From positions 128,001 through 192,000 of the forward strand of contig CBDEUK010000002.1 of the NCBI GenBank assembly GCA_965243205.1: a stretch of DNA of 64,000 bases, given 5' to 3'. A program made the position numbers and the translations under genes. Within the stretch, counting starts at the first letter, position 1, and each line of letters begins with the position of its first letter. The stretch comes from Gammaproteobacteria bacterium. GTDB lineage: Bacteria > Pseudomonadota > Gammaproteobacteria > Eutrophobiales > Eutrophobiaceae. Positions 58,027 to 64,000 of the stretch are shown here, piece after piece. The notes under the pieces were generated by a model. The model did no database searches and was not told the origin of the DNA. It saw only the letters and a list, made by a program, of their open reading frames with translations.

Positions 58027-59355
58027 TTATAACCATTCCAAACCAATGATTATATCATTGGCATTTTGAAAACGTTCGGACTGGTCTTTGGCCATTAAAC
58101 CACTAACCAATGGCTGATATTTGCTTAAATGTTCTGGTAGAGGAGGTGGCTCTTCGTTAATGTGAGCAAATATAAGTTGTGAAATACTATTGGCAGTAAA
58201 AGGTCTTCTGCCAGTTAGCATTTGATAAAACATGACGCCTAGGCTGTACATATCACTTCGTTTATCAACCTTCATGCCCGAAGCTTGTTCAGGACTCATA
58301 TAATACGGTGTACCAACTACCATATTATTAACCGTTAAATCTTCGAATTCACCACTGATATTTTTTGCCGCTCCGAAATCTGTAATTGTTAGGGAGTTGT
58401 CATTACGGAATAATATGTTTCCAGGTTTTAAGTCTCTATGCACGACATTAATATCATGCACGGCTTGCAAGCCGACAGCCATCTGTCTTAAGTATTCAGC
58501 AGCTTCTTCATGATGAAGACCGCCACGTTTTATACGGTGTGATAAATCACCATTAGGAAAATATTCCATCGCAATATAAGCGAAGTCGGTAGCAAACGCT
58601 CTTTCATAAATATTAATAATATGAGGATTGTTTAAGCAAGAAATCAAAGTATATTCTTGCATGAAGCGTTTTAAAGCTAATGGGTCTTCTTGGCCTTTAG
58701 TAAATAAAACTTTTAATACGATTTTTTTATTATCTTCCAGTCTTCGAGCTAATAAAACAGTAGACATCCCGCCTTGGCCGATTTCACGAATAATTTTATA
58801 ACCAGGAACATTAATAATACTATCTTCCATGCCAGGAATCAGAGATTCGTCCGTACTCAACATCACATCCGTAATAGTTTCGTTATCTTCTGCAAGATTA
58901 TCAGTTTTTTCAGAAGGTACGGATGTTAGGTTGGTTTGTTTTTTAGGTGAAAGATCGTGATGTTTATTAGCAAAATCCAAAGCATCATTTATTTTGGCTA
59001 AAATGATTTCTTCATTAGTTTCGTGTTTTAATAAAAAGTCTGTTGCACCCAGCTTTAATGATTCGACTGCTATTTTTGTACTGTCTTGACCAGTTAGCAT
59101 GATAACTGGTGGGATATCCATAACATCCTTGACTTCATTGAGAGATTTAAGGATATACAGGCCATCGACTTCGGGTAAACCAAAGTCATAATCCAAAAAC
59201 ACAAGAGAATAATCTTGATAGTTAATGGCTTCTACGGAAACATCTTGATGAACTGGATCACATTCAGTAATTTCAGTATCAGGGTAGCTTGATTCGATAA
59301 ATCGTTTTAATAATTTCCGATAATCGCTGGAATCTTCAATAATCAGTATACGCAT
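58027..59355 (-). CDS. Response-regulator receiver fused to a Hanks-type Ser/Thr protein kinase
   Basis: REC: IIEDS, FLDY, MLTG, ATDFLLK; kinase: IGQGGMSTV, VLK, HRDLKPGN, DFG, GTPYYMSPEQ, SDMYSLG. Confidence 0.92.
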   Translation of the reverse strand: MRILIIEDSSDYRKLLKRFIESSYPDTEITECDPVHQDVSVEAINYQDYSLVFLDYDFGLPEVDGLYILKSLNEVKDVMDIPPVIMLTGQDSTKIAVESLKLGATDFLLKHETNEEIILAKINDALDFANKHHDLSPKKQTNLTSVPSEKTDNLAEDNETITDVMLSTDESLIPGMEDSIINVPGYKIIREIGQGGMSTVLLARRLEDNKKIVLKVLFTKGQEDPLALKRFMQEYTLISCLNNPHIINIYERAFATDFAYIAMEYFPNGDLSHRIKRGGLHHEEAAEYLRQMAVGLQAVHDINVVHRDLKPGNILFRNDNSLTITDFGAAKNISGEFEDLTVNNMVVGTPYYMSPEQASGMKVDKRSDMYSLGVMFYQMLTGRRPFTANSISQLIFAHINEEPPPLPEHLSKYQPLVSGLMAKDQSERFQNANDIIIGLEWL

Positions 59356-59391
59356 CTAGGCCTGCAAAATAATTATTACTTTTTTGAATTA

Positions 59392-62300
59392 TTATACATC
59401 TTCACTGAGTAAACTTGCTACATCATCAAGCAAATTATCCTCAGAAAATGGTTTGGTGGTATATCGATTAACACCCATATCAAAAGCGAGCTGTTTATGT
59501 TTATCAGTCGAGCGAGACGTTATCATGATAATTGGGATATGTTTTAAATCCGACATTCCTCGTACATGAGAGGTTAGCTCTATTCCATTCATACGAGGCA
59601 TTTCAAAGTCGACTAAAATAATCGACGGTTGTTTCTTTTCCATGAGGCCGATTGCCTCAATTCCGTCTTTTGCTGTCATAATTTCATAACCGGCGTCTTT
59701 CATTACCTGAGATAATGCGCGTCGAGTACTAATCGAATCATCAATAATCATAACAGTAGGGGCGAGCTTAATAATACTTGTGTGCGATAAATTTAAAGTT
59801 GTAGAGGTTTTGCCAAATACTTTTGTTCTGATGAGATCAGACATATCTAAAACAGGTACAACACTTCCATCACCAACAATGGTTGCACCTATGACACCTT
59901 GTACGTTTTTAAGATATTCGCCCATATTCTTTACGACAATATTCTTGCTGTCGGCAATAGTATTTACAAATACGACTCGATTCGAATTGTCATAATTAAT
60001 TAACAAAGCAGGGCGTATATTATCTTTATCTATCGTATTTTCATTGCTTGAATGTAACAAGTATTCAATAGTGTAAAAATCTATTTTATTACCATCTACA
60101 ATAAGTTTTTGAGAGCTATTTTGCTCGATCACTTCTATGTCATTAGGATGTAAAATTCTCTCAACATCATAATTGGAAATAGCAAGCAATTGTTTTTTAT
60201 GTTCGATAAAAATAGCATGCGAAGTCATTAAACTGACTGGCATGCTCAGTTCAATATTAAGACCTTTGTTTTCTTCAGAATCGATATTTAAACGACCGTT
60301 TAAAGATAATAATTCTGAATAGACGACATCCATGCCAACACCTCTACCCGATGTTTGGGTAGCTTTTTCTCTAGTGGTGAACCCTGGTTGTAGAATTAAT
60401 CGATATATTTCTTCCTCAGGTATATCAGAATCTGAATTTATAATCCCCTTGTCCTCTGCTACTTGGAGAATTTTTTCTTTATTTAGACCTGCGCCATCAT
60501 CTGAAAATTGAATGTTAATTTGAGTGCCGATCCGGGTGATGTTAAGTATTATTTTGCCTGTTTGGGATTTTCCTTGTTTAACTCGTTCTTCTGGTAATTC
60601 AATGCCATGATCAACGGAATTTCGCAGCATATGCATTAATGGATCAATAATTCTATTTAAAATACTTCTATCGATTAAAGTATCTTGCCCTGTACAATAT
60701 AATTTTGCCTTCTTTTTAGTTGTTCTACATGTTTGCCTAACACATCTTTCTAATCTTGCCACAATCGAACTTATCGGAACCATACGCGAACGCATCATGG
60801 TGTCGTAAATTTCATGTTGTAGATTGGTTTGGCTATAAAGAATTTCGTTGATGTTTTTTAATTCAGAGCCAATATCAATATTGATTTCATTAGAATCTGT
60901 TGCTGCTTCAATAATTCGGTTAGAAGCAGTATGTAACTCGTTATATTCTTCTAGTTCTAATGGATCAAAATAATCAGATTGATTGACTACTTGCTGTTTC
61001 GAAAGGGCGTTGCCGCTCATTTCTATAAAACGCTCTAATTCATTACTGAGCTCGCGCACAGTAGTATTCTGTTCTTTTAAATTATCAGTTTTCATCAGTG
61101 AATCGTTGATTTTTTCTTTCAACTGTAAATTTAAAATCATAGACTCACCAACCAAACGTAATAGGCTATCTATTGTATCTATTGGCACAGAAATCATTTC
61201 TGTAGGTTTATCTTCAACTTTCTCCTCTATTTTTTCTTGTTTCAGAGTGGATGTAAGTTCAAAACTTCTAGTCAATTCCGAATCTATTTCATCATCATCA
61301 GAATCAATTATGTCTATGCCTTTTGTTTGTAATAGATTTAGCCAACCCAATATCTCTTGAGCAATATCATAGGTGTAATCAGGTGACTCCTTTCGTTCCA
61401 TTAAAGATTCGGACATATCTTCTAAACAATCAGTTGCTGAAATTAACATTTCGGATAATTTGGAAGATGGAAATTTTTGATGTTGACTAAGAATAGAAAA
61501 AATATCTTCAAGTTTATGTGTTAAATACGCAATACCTTTTATACCAACTGTATTTGCAGCACCTTTTATAGTATGTGCTACACGTTTTGCTTTTGTTAAC
61601 GCATTGATGTCAGGATTATTACTACATAATAATTGTATGGCTTCTGATAGATCAGACATTTGGCCAGGAAGTTCTTGCAATAAACCATCGAGTAAATCTG
61701 AATTGATTTCTTCAGTAACTGTAATAGAAAGGTCATTGTGATCAATTTCTGTAACAATATTATCTTCTGTTAATTCATCTTCAGACACGCACGATGCATT
61801 ATTCAATAATTCAATCAGTACATTCGATTGTTCTTCATTGATAGGAACTGGCAAGTCAATATTTTTAAGAAGCTGAATTATCTCATTCGATTGTTGGGGT
61901 GAACCTACATTCATAAGATAATCAGTAACGGTTTGTATCCAGTCTTTTAGGATAGATGAATGCTCAGGGCTAAAGACTTTTTTATCGACTAAATAATTAA
62001 TATTTTCTAAAAATACAGTGTTTGCTTGATAAAGGCCGGTTAGTTCTGCTGCCTGAGAGGCATTGGCAAACCGTTCAATTCTTAAATGATATTTAGATAT
62101 TTTTTCTAACTTAGTCTCTATGACATCATCTTTTTCCGGGATCAATTCATTAATTTCATCGGCAATTGATAACATTTCAGATAACAACATATCAATAAGA
62201 TCTGAACTGATAAATGCATCATCTTCAGGATTATCTGATGGTGTAACTTGAAAGTGGTTAGTTTTATTATTTTCTTCAATCGCTGAAGCTAATAAATTTC

Positions 62301-63558
62301 CATGAAAAGTATGTATGCCTGTATTTTCATTAAAATCAATAAGAATATTTTTTAATAATTCTGCATCTTCAATGCTTAATGGATTAATCCAAAATGGTTT
62401 CTGTAAGTATTGGATGATTGCACTGACGTTTTCAGAAGCTCCAGGTGCTTGATAATAAATTTGGATTAATTCAGGAAAGTGAGATAAAAATTTAATTTCA
62501 TCATGGGTTAATGTTGTTTTCTCTTTAATTAAAAGAGACATGGCCTCTTGAAAATATAAACAGATATCTTGTATACCTAAAAGGTTTTCTCTGGCAGCAA
62601 TTTTAACTATATGTTGTATTGTCTGTTCTATCTCTTCAATTCTAGTTTTTGATTGGTCAAAACTTAAAATTAAATTTTTAGTTTTGGTTAATGTTTGGGT
62701 GAAATTTAACTCTAATTTCTCACTCTTATCTTTCTCTTCTAATAGAGTATCTTGAAGACCAAGTATTTCTAAAAGAATTACTTTATCATCATCTGTTATA
62801 GCAACAGGCCAATGAATATTAGATAAGTTATTTATTAAACCAATTGTATATTCTTGGTTCTCAGGATTTTCAATATATTTATTCGCTAAACTAATCCATG
62901 ATGCAATTAATGTCATTTGAGTGTCTGTAACATTCTCTATATCTTCACAGAGTATTGAAATGTTATCTAATGCCATTAGACATAGATCATGAAAACCAAG
63001 GAAGCCAGATGTTTCAGCAACTTCAGAAATGTTGTCTATTTTTTCTTTAAAATCCAATAACGTATTAGAATCATCGCCTAATAGTTTTGTGGCCGTTGTG
63101 ACTAAATGTGTTATGGTTTTTGATAGTCCATCTTCGTTTGCATCCTCTTCTTTAACATCATCTTCGTTAGATGTATGTGTTATTAAGAGTTCTTTTAGTA
63201 CATCACAATCATTTTCTTCTATGGGAATAGGCCAAGTAATATCACTTAAATTTTGGATAATATATTCAACGGTTTCTTTTATGTCTTTATTATTGAAATA
63301 GTCATCTAAAAGTTTTGGCCATTCTTTAAGTAGAGTATGTTCAGAATCAGATAGCATTTTATGTTCTTCATAGATACATAAAATATTATCTTGTAGTAGG
63401 AGTGATATATTATTTAAAGGAAGATAATCAAGAGTATTGGTTTCTTTAGAAATACTCTCTAAACAGTCAATAATACGTGTAAGAGAAGCAGGGTTATCCT
63501 GATTATATTCTTGAACCGAATATAATAAATTATCTAGCGACTCTTGAATATCATTCAT
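59392..63558 (-). CDS. ChpA/CheA-like hybrid chemosensory histidine kinase (Hpt-HATPase-CheW-REC)
   Basis: AHTIKGAA Hpt, HMLRNSVDHGIE, DDGAG, PGFTT, SGRGVGMD, GATIVGDG, C-terminal receiver (IDDS, VDFEMP, ITSR, KP). Confidence 0.9.
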   Translation of the reverse strand: MNDIQESLDNLLYSVQEYNQDNPASLTRIIDCLESISKETNTLDYLPLNNISLLLQDNILCIYEEHKMLSDSEHTLLKEWPKLLDDYFNNKDIKETVEYIIQNLSDITWPIPIEENDCDVLKELLITHTSNEDDVKEEDANEDGLSKTITHLVTTATKLLGDDSNTLLDFKEKIDNISEVAETSGFLGFHDLCLMALDNISILCEDIENVTDTQMTLIASWISLANKYIENPENQEYTIGLINNLSNIHWPVAITDDDKVILLEILGLQDTLLEEKDKSEKLELNFTQTLTKTKNLILSFDQSKTRIEEIEQTIQHIVKIAARENLLGIQDICLYFQEAMSLLIKEKTTLTHDEIKFLSHFPELIQIYYQAPGASENVSAIIQYLQKPFWINPLSIEDAELLKNILIDFNENTGIHTFHGNLLASAIEENNKTNHFQVTPSDNPEDDAFISSDLIDMLLSEMLSIADEINELIPEKDDVIETKLEKISKYHLRIERFANASQAAELTGLYQANTVFLENINYLVDKKVFSPEHSSILKDWIQTVTDYLMNVGSPQQSNEIIQLLKNIDLPVPINEEQSNVLIELLNNASCVSEDELTEDNIVTEIDHNDLSITVTEEINSDLLDGLLQELPGQMSDLSEAIQLLCSNNPDINALTKAKRVAHTIKGAANTVGIKGIAYLTHKLEDIFSILSQHQKFPSSKLSEMLISATDCLEDMSESLMERKESPDYTYDIAQEILGWLNLLQTKGIDIIDSDDDEIDSELTRSFELTSTLKQEKIEEKVEDKPTEMISVPIDTIDSLLRLVGESMILNLQLKEKINDSLMKTDNLKEQNTTVRELSNELERFIEMSGNALSKQQVVNQSDYFDPLELEEYNELHTASNRIIEAATDSNEINIDIGSELKNINEILYSQTNLQHEIYDTMMRSRMVPISSIVARLERCVRQTCRTTKKKAKLYCTGQDTLIDRSILNRIIDPLMHMLRNSVDHGIELPEERVKQGKSQTGKIILNITRIGTQINIQFSDDGAGLNKEKILQVAEDKGIINSDSDIPEEEIYRLILQPGFTTREKATQTSGRGVGMDVVYSELLSLNGRLNIDSEENKGLNIELSMPVSLMTSHAIFIEHKKQLLAISNYDVERILHPNDIEVIEQNSSQKLIVDGNKIDFYTIEYLLHSSNENTIDKDNIRPALLINYDNSNRVVFVNTIADSKNIVVKNMGEYLKNVQGVIGATIVGDGSVVPVLDMSDLIRTKVFGKTSTTLNLSHTSIIKLAPTVMIIDDSISTRRALSQVMKDAGYEIMTAKDGIEAIGLMEKKQPSIILVDFEMPRMNGIELTSHVRGMSDLKHIPIIMITSRSTDKHKQLAFDMGVNRYTTKPFSEDNLLDDVASLLSEDV

Positions 63559-63585
63559 AATGATAGGTCTAATTTATAAAATTAA

Positions 63586-63999
63586 TTAAATATCATCTTC
63601 TGAAAGTTTAAATACGCCAACCGATGCTACTAACGACATCGCTTGTTCCACTAATTGATCGGTATGATGAGTTTGTTCTTTTAAATGAGTACCTGTTTTA
63701 CGAACACTATCACGAATAATATCTGTACGTTCTCGTAATTGAGTACTTGTCTTAGCTTGTTGTACAGCGCTGTCTGAGATTTTTTGTACCATATTTACTA
63801 GATCAGCTGTAGAAGTTTGAGTTTCTCTCATTTGTTGACCTGCTTTTTCAGCCAACTGACTTCCCCCAACAACTTGACTAATCAATTCGTTCATGGTGTT
63901 AACAGTACCCGATGTTTCAATTTGAATATTATTAACTAGTGTTGTTATTTGATGAGTAGATTCTTTTGCGTTTTCAGCAAGTCTTTGTACCTCATCAGC
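63586..63999 (-). CDS. Methyl-accepting chemotaxis protein, PilJ-like (C-terminal fragment)
   Basis: ADEVQRLAENAKESTHQITTLVNNIQIET signalling-domain motif running off the window edge. Confidence 0.85.
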   Translation of the reverse strand, partial: ADEVQRLAENAKESTHQITTLVNNIQIETSGTVNTMNELISQVVGGSQLAEKAGQQMRETQTSTADLVNMVQKISDSAVQQAKTSTQLRERTDIIRDSVRKTGTHLKEQTHHTDQLVEQAMSLVASVGVFKLSEDDI

Positions 64000-64000
64000 A

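Noticed and set aside
57592-58032. Antisense and alternate-frame ORFs in the track (this one, and e.g. 21376-21849, 54653-55087, 16962-17330, 60983-61360)
   Set aside because: Lie within well-supported genes, lack recognisable motifs or RBS, and are typical shadow ORFs

Overview
AT-rich chromosomal window from a gammaproteobacterium that is very probably a (marine) methylotroph. Methylotrophy markers are dispersed: an isolated fhcA/fwdA, an mxaD-like plus YVTN-propeller pair and a quinoprotein-relay-type metallohydrolase. Core loci are rimP-nusA-infB-rbfA-truB-rpsO-pnp, rpsP-rimM-trmD-rplS, xerD, metA, a type IV minor-pilin operon (fimT-pilVWXY1Y2E) and the end of a Pil-Chp-like chemosensory operon. 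No tRNA, rRNA, CRISPR array or prophage was recognised. The best leads are: (1) two paralogous, differently regulated MMPL/RND + LolA-like + outer-membrane-barrel operons that look like a trans-envelope transport system for a hydrophobic cargo; (2) a ~120-nt GC-enriched leader with mutually exclusive helices upstream of an uncharacterised helical protein (18436-18997); (3) a receiver-Ser/Thr kinase fusion directly after a ChpA-like kinase that has four His-less N-terminal repeats; (4) an uncharacterised P-loop protein coupled to metA; (5) several readable operator sites (NemR-like, HxlR, Cada2-like, AlgR/LytTR-like, sigma54). All family calls come from motif recognition by eye; no database searches were run.
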